A DNA stretch of 64,000 nt, taken from NCBI GenBank assembly GCA_037445065.1, contig JBBILD010000010.1, positions 1 through 64,000 of the forward strand, in the 5' to 3' direction. The stretch is from Myxococcales bacterium. Lineage in GTDB: Bacteria; Desulfobacterota; Binatia; HRBIN30. Of the stretch, positions 1 through 10,393 are shown one piece after another. The notes under the pieces were generated by a model. That model was not told the origin of the DNA and made no database searches. It worked only from the letters and a program-made list of their open reading frames with translations. How positions within the stretch are numbered: the first letter of the stretch is position 1; each line of letters opens with the position of its first letter. The position numbers and the translations under genes are program-made.

Positions 1-430
1 GTTGGCGTCGGAGTAGAGGTCGGTGTGTTTGTGACCGTTGGCGTCGAGGTTGGCGTAAAGCTGGGGGTTTGCGTTGGCGTGGAAGTGCGGGTGGGGGTTC
101 GTGTCGGCGTGTTCGTGATGGTGGGGGTGTTCGTTGGTGTGAATGTTGGAGCCCCCGCCGGCAAGGTATGACTCGGTGTAGGAGTCAAGGTCTCAGTGGG
201 CGTCGGGGTGGGTGTCTCGGTCGGGGTTTCCGTGGGCGTGTCGGTGGGAGTGTGAGTGAGCGTCGGCGTCCGCGTCGGCGTATGCGTGCGCGTTGCGGAT
301 GGGGTGTTGGTGATCGTCGGAGTCCCGGTCGCAGTCCGCGTCGCGGTGTCGGTCGAGGTTGGCGTACTGGTCTGAGTCGGGGTAGGGGTCGGGGTTGCGC
401 TTTCGGTGACTGTCGGCGTTGGCGTCATGG
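1..430 (-). repeat. Low-complexity Pro/Thr (TPTPT) coding repeat
   Basis: Recurrent gtcggcgt/gttggcgt units on + read as ACG CCG/ACG CCA (Thr-Pro) on -. Confidence 0.9.
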
Positions 431-1244
431 ACGGCGGGAAATACACCAGGTCGTAAATACGATCGGCGCCCGTACTCCCCAGCGAAGCCGTACATGCTGT
501 CGCTCCGGAGACGCTGCTCGCACACGACGTGAGGCCTCCAAGCAGCATGTCCGTACACTTTTTCTGAATCAGCGTCGCTAAAGCGGCCTGTTTCTTCGCG
601 ATCGCCCCAGTGAGGTCGGCGCTGCGGCAATCGGCCGGTGGGATCTTCCCGCCATCCACTTTGAGTCTGCACAAGATCTGCTGTTGCAGTCGCTTGGCCA
701 GCAAATCTCGGAGGCCTTTTCCCAATGCCCGCTGGCAAGCCAGGAGCGCGGAATTGGTGAACACCAGCGGTGGGTTGGGGAAGTTACCGTATACCTGCCG
801 GGTCAAATCGAAGGCCTGACTTTGAATCTGGCAGGAGAGGCAGGTGGTCACACTCACGAAGCTCGAAGTAATCCCCACCTCTTCACACGGAGCCGTGCAC
901 GCCACGTAACCCAAGCTGGCCGGAGAGGAAGCACCACCCAGGTCGCACTTTTTGATCGCGGCGTTCTCCAAAGCGAGCTGCGCTTTTAAGAGCGAATTCA
1001 AGGCTGAACTCGGGAGTTGGCTGAGGTCGTTGCAATTCAACGTTGAGGGGAACCCGGGCTTTGCCTGCATGCGCTTTTCATGGCAGGCCGCCTGCGCGGC
1101 CAGCATTCTCATTTGCAACCGGCGGGCAGCTTTCGCCAACGCGTCGCGGCAGCGGATGTCTTGCGGCGTCAAGGCTCGACTCGCCTGCATCAGGCTCAAC
1201 AGGCCAAGGGCCGCGGCAACGGCCCCACGAATCTTTCCATTCAT
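1..1244 (-). CDS. Secreted Cys-rich protein with long Pro/Thr linker (partial, runs off left edge)
   Basis: Not in the ORF track. Manual translation from ATG at 1244 (purine-rich GGAAAAGGAAAG upstream) gives the signal peptide [24 protein letters not shown], two Cys-rich helical repeats, then PT repeats to the window edge with no stop. Confidence 0.85.
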   Translation of the reverse strand, partial: MNGKIRGAVAAALGLLSLMQASRALTPQDIRCRDALAKAARRLQMRMLAAQAACHEKRMQAKPGFPSTLNCNDLSQLPSSALNSLLKAQLALENAAIKKCDLGGASSPASLGYVACTAPCEEVGITSSFVSVTTCLSCQIQSQAFDLTRQVYGNFPNPPLVFTNSALLACQRALGKGLRDLLAKRLQQQILCRLKVDGGKIPPADCRSADLTGAIAKKQAALATLIQKKCTDMLLGGLTSCASSVSGATACTASLGSTGADRIYDLVYFPPSMTPTPTVTESATPTPTPTQTSTPTSTDTATRTATGTPTITNTPSATRTHTPTRTPTLTHTPTDTPTETPTETPTPTPTETLTPTPSHTLPAGAPTFTPTNTPTITNTPTRTPTRTSTPTQTPSFTPTSTPTVTNTPTSTPTP

Positions 1245-1395
1245 TTCACGACTTTCCTTTTCCCGGCTGTTTCCGTTGCTCCCGCACAGCGGACCGCCGT
1301 AAACAAATCGCAAACGTTCGCCTCTATGCTCTCTCCGCTTGCGCTTTGTCAACAGAAAATCTGTCTGTGCGGGCGGAATGAATTCCCGAACGGAG

Positions 1396-3258
1396 CTACC
1401 ATTCGGTTGAAAAGCCGCGGTCGGGGATATCGAGTGCACTACGGTCGTCACTGGCCAGCATGCGCAAGCGCGCTACCGTCACGGGCAGCACTCGATGAAC
1501 GAAAAACTTAGCGGCCATGACTTTGCCGGCGTAGAAGTCCATGTCCTCGGCAGTCGGTTCCCCATCGCTGTCGGCTTCGCTGGCCCGTCGCTCTTCGGCC
1601 ACTCGCGCCGCATCGAGCAACAAGTGCGCAATCGCCACTTCGCCCATACTTTCCAGAAACCAGTTTGCCACCAGGGTAACCTGGTCGAGCTTGCCATCCA
1701 GGAAAAAGCTCATGAGCGACGAAGAAGCATCCTGCAGAGCTTGCAGGGCCTCGCGCAGCCGGGCGACTTCGGTCGCCAGCCCCGGAGTGTGCTCTTGTGC
1801 CACAACAAAGGTCTGAATCTCGTCAATAAAGGCCCGAAAGTTCTCGCCGCCGTGCTGGTGCAGCTTCCGCGCCACCAGATCCAGCGCCTGGATGTGGTTC
1901 GTGCCTTCGTAGATGGAAAAGATCTTCGCATCTCTACAGTACTGCTCCACCGGATGGTCCTGCACGTATCCAGCACCACCGTACGTTTGGATCGCTAGCT
2001 CGGTGATGCGAAACGCTTGATCCGAACAGTACGCTTTCACGATGGGGGTCAACAAATCCACCTGGCCCATGTGAAACGCGGCGCGCCCTGGGTCGGACCG
2101 TTCCAGCGCAAGCGCCATGTCCATGTGCCAGGCGAGTTTGACGGCCAGAGTGCGCATGCCCTCCACCTTGGCCTTCATCTCCAGCAGCATCCGCCGCACA
2201 TCCGAGTGTTCGACAATCGGGACGCGCGGCGCATCCGGATCCTTGAAGTGGCGGATGGAGGAGCCTTGCAGCCGATTGCGCGCATACGACAGCGCATTTA
2301 AGTACGCCGTGGACGCAATCGCGAGGCCTTGCACTCCGACCGCGATGCGGGCCCCGTTCATCATGCGAAACATCTGACGGATTCCCATGTGCGGCTGATC
2401 GCCGACCAGGATTCCACGGCAGTGGCCATTTTCCCCGAAGTTCAGAACCGCGGTGGCAGAGGCACGGATGCCGAGCTTGTGTTCGATCGAAGCCGTGGTC
2501 ACATCGTTCCAAGCCCCGACGCGACCGTCCTCTTCGACCCAATACTTTGGGACAATGAACAGCGAAAGGCCCTTGGTTCCACTGGGTGCGCCCTCGATGC
2601 GAGCCAGCACCAAGTGCACGATGTTTTCGGCAAGGTCATGGTCCCCAGCAGAAATCCAGCATTTGGTTCCCTGGATCCGGTAGACGTTCCCCTCGATAGG
2701 GACGGCGCGGGTTTTCGCGGCGCCCACGTCGGAACCGGCGTGCGGTTCGGACAGGCACATCGTGCCAGAGAAGCGGCCCTCCAGCATCGCAGGAAGAAAG
2801 CGTGCCTTCTGCTCCGCCGTACCAAAGTGAGCCAACAGATCCGCGGCGCCGCGGGTGAGTTCCGGATACATGGTAAATGCCGTGTTCGCGCCGCTTTGCA
2901 ACTCCTGTAGCACGACGCCGACCGCATGCGGGCCGCCCAAGCCATCCACTTCGAGGGGCATGCTGAAGGTCGGGAGCCCGAGCTCAAACACCTTCCGCCA
3001 TGCCTCGCGAAAACCGGGCGGGGTTTTCACCACCCCGTTTTCCAGTCGGCAACCGACCCGGTCGCCTAGCCCGTTGAGCGGCCCGATGGTTTCGCAAACA
3101 AAGCGGTAACACTGGTCGATGATCGCGTCGCATTCGCTTTGGTCCAGGTGGCGGTACCGGTCGAACGCAAACAGCTCTTGGACCCGCAAATGCTCGTACA
3201 GAGTGAAGCGAATCGAGCGAAGATCTGCCTTGTAGAAGTTAATGGCTTGCTGCGACAT
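1396..3258 (-). CDS. Acyl-CoA dehydrogenase (long, ~620 aa type)
   Basis: Motifs [41 protein letters not shown]; start moved to ATG 3258 behind a GGAGG RBS. Confidence 0.93.
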   Translation of the reverse strand: MSQQAINFYKADLRSIRFTLYEHLRVQELFAFDRYRHLDQSECDAIIDQCYRFVCETIGPLNGLGDRVGCRLENGVVKTPPGFREAWRKVFELGLPTFSMPLEVDGLGGPHAVGVVLQELQSGANTAFTMYPELTRGAADLLAHFGTAEQKARFLPAMLEGRFSGTMCLSEPHAGSDVGAAKTRAVPIEGNVYRIQGTKCWISAGDHDLAENIVHLVLARIEGAPSGTKGLSLFIVPKYWVEEDGRVGAWNDVTTASIEHKLGIRASATAVLNFGENGHCRGILVGDQPHMGIRQMFRMMNGARIAVGVQGLAIASTAYLNALSYARNRLQGSSIRHFKDPDAPRVPIVEHSDVRRMLLEMKAKVEGMRTLAVKLAWHMDMALALERSDPGRAAFHMGQVDLLTPIVKAYCSDQAFRITELAIQTYGGAGYVQDHPVEQYCRDAKIFSIYEGTNHIQALDLVARKLHQHGGENFRAFIDEIQTFVVAQEHTPGLATEVARLREALQALQDASSSLMSFFLDGKLDQVTLVANWFLESMGEVAIAHLLLDAARVAEERRASEADSDGEPTAEDMDFYAGKVMAAKFFVHRVLPVTVARLRMLASDDRSALDIPDRGFSTEW

Positions 3259-3554
3259 GCACCCTCCACCAAAAGGATCGGGCGCGACTTCAACCATGGC
3301 GCGCCGCGTTATTCAAGCGCCGGACTCCCTCAATCAGGATTGGCGGTGCAAAGGTCATGCGGCCATTTCCCCCAAGCTAGGCCACGGCACCCGGCCTCCA
3401 GGAATTCGCCTTCTCTGCGGGAGCTGCGCAACACAACGGTCGGGGCAAGCTGCCCCTGCGTCAAAAGGCACAACCCGCTTTGGCTTGCCCCTGCGAGTGC
3501 GGGATCTGGTTGACCGTTGCTCGCTCTCCTCTTAATTCTCCGCACGCAGGTGCA

Positions 3555-4540
3555 ATGCACTCCGGAAACACAGTCGTGCTTGGAGTGGACTTCGGTGCCC
3601 CGCGCCGCGCGCGCGATCAACAGCGAAAGATCGTGGCGATCGCGGCCCACCCCGAGCCGCTCCGCGCCGATACCGAATCGCAGCGAGTGGGTGGAATCGG
3701 CGCCTCCTCCGCGCAACGCCCCCAGGATGAACTGCGGAAGAGCTGCTCCGCGAGCTGCTGTGCCACCCGGCCACCGTGGTTGCGTTCGACTTTCCTTTCT
3801 CCGTCCCTGCCAGCCTTTTGGACGACCCGGCATTTGCTGCGGCGGTGGGCTTTGTTCATGGCCCCTTCCGCACGTGGAGACGCTTCAGCAGGCATGTGGC
3901 TCGCAGGCTGCCCATGCAGGACCCCCTCGATTTCAGCCCCTTCCAGACATGGCGATCCCTGGCCCGCCAGCGCCTGTGGGCCCGCCGGGAAACGGACCAC
4001 GAGACCCAAGCGCAACCGCCGCTCAAAGACTCTTTTCCTTCGCTCTTCCAAATGACCTTATTGGGGACCGCGCTGCTGGCGAGGCTCGAGACGTCCGGGA
4101 TCTACGCCGTGCGACCCTTTTCTTGCCGGCCGGGCAAAAACGAGGTCATCGAGGTCTACCCAGCCGGAACGCTGCGCGCCCTCGGAATCAAACGTTACAA
4201 GCGTGACCCGCTCGCAGCCATCGCCGCTGTTCTCGCGTGTTGCGTTGAGTTCGGGATTCGCATCAACATCGATCGTTCGGTGCTGCGCGCCTGCACGGAA
4301 TATCATTCAAGTGCCGGCGCCGATTTCGATGCAGCAGACGCACTGGTCGCCCTCTGCACGGCGATTCTTTATCTCGAGGGTGCATGCGTAATGGCTGTGC
4401 CGCACTCGGAGAGCCGGCCGCCCCGCGATGGGGTGATCTGGGTACCGAAAGCAAGCTCATCCTGGCCACTGTCCTTCCGGAGTCCTCCAACCCTGAACCA
4501 AGCTCGATCTCCATGGCCGGAAACCGTTGTCTCCCATTGA
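3555..4540 (+). pseudogene. DUF429-like (RNase H-fold predicted nuclease) gene, disrupted
   Basis: N-terminal VLGVDFG lies in one frame; VAFDFPFS, IEVYPAG, DAADAL and GVIWVP lie in another. Frameshift near 3646-3653 and in-frame TGA at 3728-3730. Confidence 0.7.
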
Positions 4541-4797
4541 CACTCCGGTCCCTGTTCCCCTGGCTTGCTCAGGTGGCGAAGACGCACAGGATCGCCGCTT
4601 GGTGTGGAAGGACGCCCGTGTGGCGGGGCCTTTTCCGGGAAGATTTCAGTGCCCGCGAGGGCCCAACCCACACCTGTCGACGCTCCCCACCTGCCCGCCC
4701 GCTCGCCAGTTTCGTTCCTGACGCGTCTCGGCTCAGGCGGGACAAACCTGCAGTCCTCATCGAGAACACAGGCTAACGCGTTCTTGTGCCGGAAAAG

Positions 4798-4871
4798 TGG
4801 GCCGTCAGGGATTCGAACCCCGGACCCGCTGATTAAGAGTCAGCTGCTCTAGCCAACTGAGCTAACGGCCC
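4798..4871 (-). tRNA. tRNA-Lys(CTT), CCA not encoded
   Basis: Reverse complement GGGCCGTTAGCTCAGTTGGCTAGAGCAGCTGACTCTTAATCAGCGGGTCCGGGGTTCGAATCCCTGACGGCCCA folds as a cloverleaf with anticodon CTT. Confidence 0.97.
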
Positions 4872-4993
4872 CAGACAAACAAGTGGGCTGTGTCTAGCGA
4901 GAGGGGCCGCGTTCGGTCAAGGCGGCGCAGCGCACGCGGGCCTCGCTTGCGCAAAGCGGGCGGTCTGGCTGAGCGCGGCCGCGCAGCCTTCGG

Positions 4994-5311
4994 CTACACC
5001 CGAATCCGTGGGTTTTCCGGATGAGGACGATACAAGATCACCATGTGGCCGATCAGGCCGCACAGCACCGCGCTGCAGCGCCGCGCCAGTTCCTCGGCCA
5101 TGGCGTGTTTATCGGGAGGGCGCAGCAGCCGGACTTTAATCAGTTCGTGGGTGGTCAACGCCTCGTCTACGGCACGCACCACCTCGGCGCTCACGCCGGC
5201 ATGGCCCACCATGACGACCGGAGCGAGCTTGTGGGCAAGCCCCCGCAGGTAGCGCCGCTGCTTTCCGGTGAGGCGCAACTCGACCCCAATCTCATCGCCC
5301 TGCTCCGACAT
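4994..5311 (-). CDS. yhbY: YhbY/CRM-domain ribosome-assembly RNA-binding protein
   Basis: LTGKQRRYLRGLAHKLAPVVMVG...HELIKV...IGHMVILYR is typical of the CRM domain; start uncertain. Confidence 0.9.
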   Translation of the reverse strand: MSEQGDEIGVELRLTGKQRRYLRGLAHKLAPVVMVGHAGVSAEVVRAVDEALTTHELIKVRLLRPPDKHAMAEELARRCSAVLCGLIGHMVILYRPHPENPRIRV

Positions 5312-5460
5312 ATTTCTTCCCCGCCGAGTTTCTGAATCCGTCCCGCGCATCGGCCTCGAGCTCATCTGCGATTCACCGCTCTCCAGGCTTTCCATCGCAA
5401 CTATCCTCTGCTCCGGCAACTCCGTTGAGCAGGCAAAGAAAATCCGGTATGGGGCCGTGC

Positions 5461-6045
5461 ATGCTGGGTCGGTGGCGGCTGGTTGTTGCGCTCGTTGTTG
5501 CACTCCTGCCTCACGCGCTGAGCCGCGCGGGAGCGACAGACGCACTCGAATCGTGGCTGGAAGGGGCGCAGCCACCTTACCGTCTCGAGGTCGTGAAGTC
5601 CACGCGCCAAATGCATCTTTGGTACGGTGGCAGCATCCTGCGCACCTATGCCATTGCGCTTGGGAAAGAGCCGAACGGGAGCAAGGAATACCGGGGCGAC
5701 AACCGCACGCCGGTCGGACGCTACTACGTCGTGGAGAAGAAGCCGAGTCGTAAATTCCACCGTTTTCTCGGGCTCAATTACCCCAACCTGCAGGATGCGG
5801 AGCGGGCCCTCACGCGCGGCTGGATTGACGAACCCTTGTGGTCCGAGATCTTTTTTGCCGACCTCAACCGCACCATCCCACCGCAAAGCACACCGCTCGG
5901 AGGCCGCGTCGGCATCCACGGGTACGGTGGCCGCCCCGAGCTTCCCGTTGACTGGACCGAGGGCTGCATCGCGGTACGCGATGCAGACATCGAGTACCTT
6001 TACGAAACGCTGCCCATCGGCACGCGCGTCGACATCGTACCCTGA
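5461..6045 (+). CDS. L,D-transpeptidase (YkuD family), secreted
   Basis: Signal peptide; GDNRTPVGRY, LNYPN and VGIHG...WTEGCIAV catalytic motif. Confidence 0.9.
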   Translation: MLGRWRLVVALVVALLPHALSRAGATDALESWLEGAQPPYRLEVVKSTRQMHLWYGGSILRTYAIALGKEPNGSKEYRGDNRTPVGRYYVVEKKPSRKFHRFLGLNYPNLQDAERALTRGWIDEPLWSEIFFADLNRTIPPQSTPLGGRVGIHGYGGRPELPVDWTEGCIAVRDADIEYLYETLPIGTRVDIVP

Positions 6046-6061
6046 CCGGGCCCGCTCCCGC

Positions 6062-6604
6062 TCAGTCCATCCCCAAGAGCCGCCGGCCTTCGGCCGAAAT
6101 CATCTGCGGGCTCCACGGCGGGTCCCAAACCAGTTCCACCTCGGCTTCTTCGACGCCCTCGATCTCCAGAATCTTTTGCCGCGCATCATGGGCGATGTAT
6201 CCGCCCATGCCGCAACCAGGCGCTGTGAGGGTCATCTTCACGTCCACTCGCTTCCCGCCGCCCGGGAGATCACTGACCTGCAGATCATACACCAGGCCCA
6301 GGTCCACGATGTTAACGGGAATCTCGGGGTCGTAACATGTACGCAATACCGCCCAAACCCGTGACTCCACATCCTCACCCTCGGCGGCACCGAACGAGCC
6401 TTGCTCCGGCGATTTCCCGATCGCCTCCGCATCTTTGCCTGCAATCCGGTAGAGCCCGCCAAGACTGGGCACCTGCAAGGTGTAGGTGCCGCCCAGAGCT
6501 TGCGTAATGTAGGCCACCGTGCCTTTTGGAATGACCACAGTGTAGCCAGCTGGGATTTCGACCGCTTCGCAGTCTCGCTCGAACTGGACTTGTTCGCCCA
6601 TCAT
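6062..6604 (-). CDS. sufT: Fe-S cluster assembly protein SufT (DUF59)
   Basis: ITQALGGTYT N-domain; CYDPEIPVNIVDLGLVY, MTLTAPGCGMG, LVWDPPW. Confidence 0.9.
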   Translation of the reverse strand: MMGEQVQFERDCEAVEIPAGYTVVIPKGTVAYITQALGGTYTLQVPSLGGLYRIAGKDAEAIGKSPEQGSFGAAEGEDVESRVWAVLRTCYDPEIPVNIVDLGLVYDLQVSDLPGGGKRVDVKMTLTAPGCGMGGYIAHDARQKILEIEGVEEAEVELVWDPPWSPQMISAEGRRLLGMD

Positions 6605-6682
6605 GGTCGTTCTCCTTTGCTGCTCCAGAGATCCGAATCTAGGCCGCAATCCCCCGTGCAGCAAGGAGAAGCGGCCGGCTTC

Positions 6683-6883
6683 CTAACGAAGCTCTCTGGG
6701 CACGAACTTCTTCCACCACGGAGCGCCCGCTTGTTCGTAGCGTTTTTCCTCCCCTTCTGCGGCCTTGGTGGCACGCACCGGCTTCGCCTTTTTGTTTTTG
6801 GCGGTACCGGAAACCTTCCTTTTCCCAGCCTTTGGCTGCGTCTTTTTGCTGGCTTTTTTCTTCGACTCTTGCTTCTTCGCCAT
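6683..6883 (-). CDS. Small Lys-rich basic protein
   Basis: 66 aa with a GGAGG RBS; Lys-rich composition unlikely for a shadow ORF in GC-rich DNA. Confidence 0.65.
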   Translation of the reverse strand: MAKKQESKKKASKKTQPKAGKRKVSGTAKNKKAKPVRATKAAEGEEKRYEQAGAPWWKKFVPRELR

Positions 6884-7098
6884 CCTCGCTCACACCTCCC
6901 TCAAAACCGTTCCTGGAAAGCCGGACCTCCCTCACGCCGGCCCGAGACCATTTCAAATCCTGTATGCGCCGGCTTGCTGAAGGAGCAAGTTTTAAGAAAC
7001 CATGCAACGCCGAACGGCGCAAGGTCGCTCTTCACTCTTGCGTGCTTCTGGCTGCCTCGCTACGAGAGCGCGCCTACGCTGCGACGAACACAGCTTAC

Positions 7099-7173
7099 GT
7101 CCCCGTCGTCTAGCCAGGCCTAGGACACCGGCCTTTCACGCCGGCAACACGGGTTCAAATCCCGTCGGGGACG
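7099..7173 (+). tRNA. tRNA-Glu(TTC), CCA not encoded
   Basis: GTCCCCGTCGTCTAGCCAGGCCTAGGACACCGGCCTTTCACGCCGGCAACACGGGTTCAAATCCCGTCGGGGACG; anticodon TTC. Confidence 0.97.
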
Positions 7174-7504
7174 TTCTCCGGTTTCCGGAGTGGCTGGGAA
7201 CCGGTATTCCCCGCCGTGAAGCCGTGGAGGCGTACAAAGCGCGCTTCCCGCGCCTTCGCTCGCGCCCGACCCAAATTCCAGCCCTGGGATGGGCGGAGGT
7301 CTGCTGCTGGCCGCCAAAGCTGTCTCAGATGGGCAGCCCCTGTCCTACCTAAAACGGATTGCCCCACGCCGTGGGGCGTACAGACGAAGCACACCACTAG
7401 CGCACCGGAACAACACGGCTTCGATGCGCCTCCAGAGCGCGGGGCAATCGAGTTGCTTACAGCCCCCGGTGCTTCCTGACCCCTCCGGAACGGGTTGCTT
7501 GTTC

Positions 7505-8449
7505 TTAGCGCTGTTCGACGCGAAAGAACTTTTGCGTCGCCACGGTGGGCAGGCCGGAAGCGAAGTCCACGCCCAAGTTGCGCAGGATGGGCCCGCAGTC
7601 CGCATCGCCAGGGTCCGACATGCATCCTGGCGGAGTATCCGGCTGGTTGCTGGTCAAATCGCTATCGGCCAGCAACGCTGCCAAGTCGGCAACGATGATG
7701 TCCTCACGCCAGTCAAAGGGCTGCAACCAAACTTCTGCTCGGTTGGGGCGGCTGCAGCCGCCAACCACGCCTGGGCGTGCGAAAAAGCAGCCAGTGCTGC
7801 CCAAGTGAATGCGCAAGTCATCGAAGGCGGTGTCGATGCGTAGAAACTTGTACCCGGCCTGCCAGCTCCAAAACATCCCGGTCAAACTCAGCGGTGGCGG
7901 GGCAACCGAGGCGTCACCGTGGTTGCGGCGGAAGGGAACCCCTAACGTGAAACGGATTCCTACGTAGTTCCCAGGGGCGATGCGCCCGCGAATCGAATCG
8001 TTGGTTTGCACAGTCCCGTTGTTACACGGCGGTTGTTTGTTTTCGAAGTCGAGCAGTGCCAAGTCCTCGAGCTGCCAGACTCCGTCTTGGTCCAAAAGCA
8101 CCGCGACCGGTGTCCCGTCTTCGCGGATCAATTGCACATTGGAGACGTAAAACCGGAAGTCCGAGGGAACCAGGCGCGACGCCTCCGTACCCAAGCCGTC
8201 GTAGGCTTGCCCGCACGCAAAGTCCTGGCTGCCAACCCGCGCAGCAAAGCGGATTTGCACTCGCTCGAATGAACACCCGTCGAGCAAGTTGGCCACCCCT
8301 TGCACGAGCTCGTTCACCGTAACCTCGCCATCCCGATCCGCGTCGCCCACACACTGGCCTTGAGCATCGAAACTGCTCGCTTGGGTACTGGCGACCCAAC
8401 ACAGACCCAAGAGACCAATCCCAAGCAACACCGCGTGTTTTCGGTTCAT
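7505..8449 (-). CDS. mbnP: MbnP-family copper-binding protein with N-terminal dockerin-like tag
   Basis: Own RBS (GGGGAGG), ATG at 8449 and signal peptide; motifs DFRFYVSNV, LLDFEN, FTLGVPF..NH, MFWSWQAGYKF (WxW), HLGSTGC, GCMS. Confidence 0.88.
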   Translation of the reverse strand: MNRKHAVLLGIGLLGLCWVASTQASSFDAQGQCVGDADRDGEVTVNELVQGVANLLDGCSFERVQIRFAARVGSQDFACGQAYDGLGTEASRLVPSDFRFYVSNVQLIREDGTPVAVLLDQDGVWQLEDLALLDFENKQPPCNNGTVQTNDSIRGRIAPGNYVGIRFTLGVPFRRNHGDASVAPPPLSLTGMFWSWQAGYKFLRIDTAFDDLRIHLGSTGCFFARPGVVGGCSRPNRAEVWLQPFDWREDIIVADLAALLADSDLTSNQPDTPPGCMSDPGDADCGPILRNLGVDFASGLPTVATQKFFRVEQR

Positions 8450-8492
8450 ACAACCTCCCCTTGTGATCAGAGCGCCACAACTCTCCATTGCC

Positions 8493-9575
8493 TCATTTTG
8501 TGGGGCGCCCTGTAAAATCCACACACGAATCCGCCGGAGCCAGTCTTCCTCCACCGGCGCACCGATTAGGGGCATTTGGCTACCGAGTTGCGGTGCGATC
8601 GGTCGCAGCTTGAGATAAAGAAAGCTCTGCTGTGGCTCGCCCGGCGCCACTCGATGCCAACCATTGGTAGCCGCTGCAAAGTTATCCGGCGGTACGTTCA
8701 CCAAACTCTCGTATGCGTGCACCTCCAAGTCGAGATTGCCCACATGATCCTGCTCCGTGTGGCATCCCTTAAGGGCGCAGCGCGGCAAGAAAAGCTCCTG
8801 CCACAGCTCAGACCAGCGCACTTCATGGTGGTGCGGGGAACCCACAAGTGCCATCTGTACGGACATGACGATTTCTTCGATCGTGATTTCTCGATCGCCA
8901 TTCACGTCCGCCGCCCCGCACAGCTCCGCGTGCAGACCGAGAGCGCGAGCCACAGCGCGCAAAATCTCGTCGATGGTGACCTCACCGTTCCCATCGCAGT
9001 CGCCGGCGCAATCGGGTGCCTGCGGAATCGGAGTGGGCGTGGGTTCCGCCCGCACGAGAACAAAGCGAGACGTGCAGACTGGGGAGGGCGCATACCGCCC
9101 GTCCTCAGTGATTAGCCGGTACGAAAACGCCACCTCTCCGCTCTGACCGGCCGGGACCACGGCTTGCGAAGAAGGGTGCACGTGAAACGGAGCGACTCCC
9201 AAGCGTGCAGCGGCCCCTACTGCGGTGAGCTGCACTCCGTTCACGTTCACCGAAAGACCCGCATCCATCGCGACGATCTCCATCCAAACAACGGTGCCGG
9301 GTTCCAAGGCACGCTCTCCGTCCCCCACGGTCTTCCTCTGGAGCGGTGACCCCGGGATCCATCGTTGAGAAAAGACATTCCCCCGCCGCCGGCTGGCACA
9401 ACGTCTCGAACATGGGGAACACGTCCTCGAAGTCCCCTGACAGCGCGAGCGCGTCCTCCGCACTGCCAGTCCGGAACACATCGATGGACTCGTGATCCGC
9501 CCGCACGGCTCCTGCCAGCACACTCATCCAGCCGAGGAGCACTGCGAGGTGGCTCCTGCGCCCCAGTAGCCGCAC
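8493..9575 (-). pseudogene. Secreted HxH-domain + dockerin-like + CX4CH cytochrome c-like protein; frameshifted and lacking its stop
   Basis: N-half in ORF 9105..9626, C-half in ORF 7505..9523, switching at the C5 run 9322-9326. CALKGCH...RVAPGEPQQSFLYLKL...GSQMP...WILQGAP resembles a cytochrome domain. Reads through into mbnP. Confidence 0.65.
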
Positions 9576-10393
9576 TGGCTGGCCGCAAGGGCCCGTGTTC
9601 TCTGCACGATGCAAGCCGAGGCTCAAGTTCGATGTCGAACCTCAGTCGGTGGGGGGCTTGGGGAGCCGTTCTTCTGACCGTCGCGGCGCTGGTCTGCCGA
9701 ACTCGGGAACCGTTGCCACTGTCCGTACCATAAACTGCCCCCAAGATCAGTCCGCGAATCAAGGAGGAAAACCTGCCGGTCAACCACGAACCACCGTGCA
9801 CCAAAACATCCCGCAGGAGCATCAGCTGACGTACCTACTGCCGAGGAACACGGCGCTCAACGCGACAAGTTGTCGCAGTTCCGGCTCGTTCTCTCTCGAC
9901 GCCAAAACGCCGCCGCGTGGCCCAACCGCCACGTGCGATGGCTCGAGGTGGTCACGCTTGCGCGAACTGAGCCGCGGCGCTGCCGCCGGCCATCAACCAA
10001 GTGAACGTGCGCGAATACCACCCATCGGGCCTCGTTCCGCACGACGTCTCCGCCGATGCGTCCTACCACTTTGGCTCGCGTGAGGCGTGGAGGCTTCCCG
10101 GTCCCTTTTGCCCCCAAAGAGGCTGATTGCTTTTTCTAAAGCATCCCGCCCTTGGTGCCCACTCCTACCCCGTTTCGGGATGTGAGTCCGGACCAGCGCC
10201 TAAAACGCAAAGCGCCCGCTCGGCCCCAAATCAGCTTTGTACAACCCGCTGCGACCCCGCTATTTGTGCACCCTCCTCCGACGTTCGCAAGCTGTCAAGC
10301 TTTGCCGAGCGCACCTGGATTCGCCGGACACATCCGCATCGCTCCCCGTCCCGCCAGCGTCGCTGCACCTCCCTCGAAACGGCCAACACAGGC

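Noticed and set aside
1..430. Repetitive DNA as a CRISPR array or VNTR
   Set aside because: The repeats are codon-periodic Pro/Thr coding sequence with no repeat-spacer structure.
3728..3730. In-frame TGA as selenocysteine or recoding
   Set aside because: The context (PPG*T) fits Trp, it is not a redox motif, the gene is also frameshifted, and other genes here use TGA as a stop.
4798..7173. Prophage or integrative element at the tRNAs
   Set aside because: No integrase, phage genes or att-like tRNA 3' duplication was found, and the genes between the tRNAs look like core genes.
7505..9523. 672-aa ORF as a single natural protein
   Set aside because: An internal RBS, ATG and signal peptide at 8449, plus a nonsense N-terminus, show it is two genes joined by indels.
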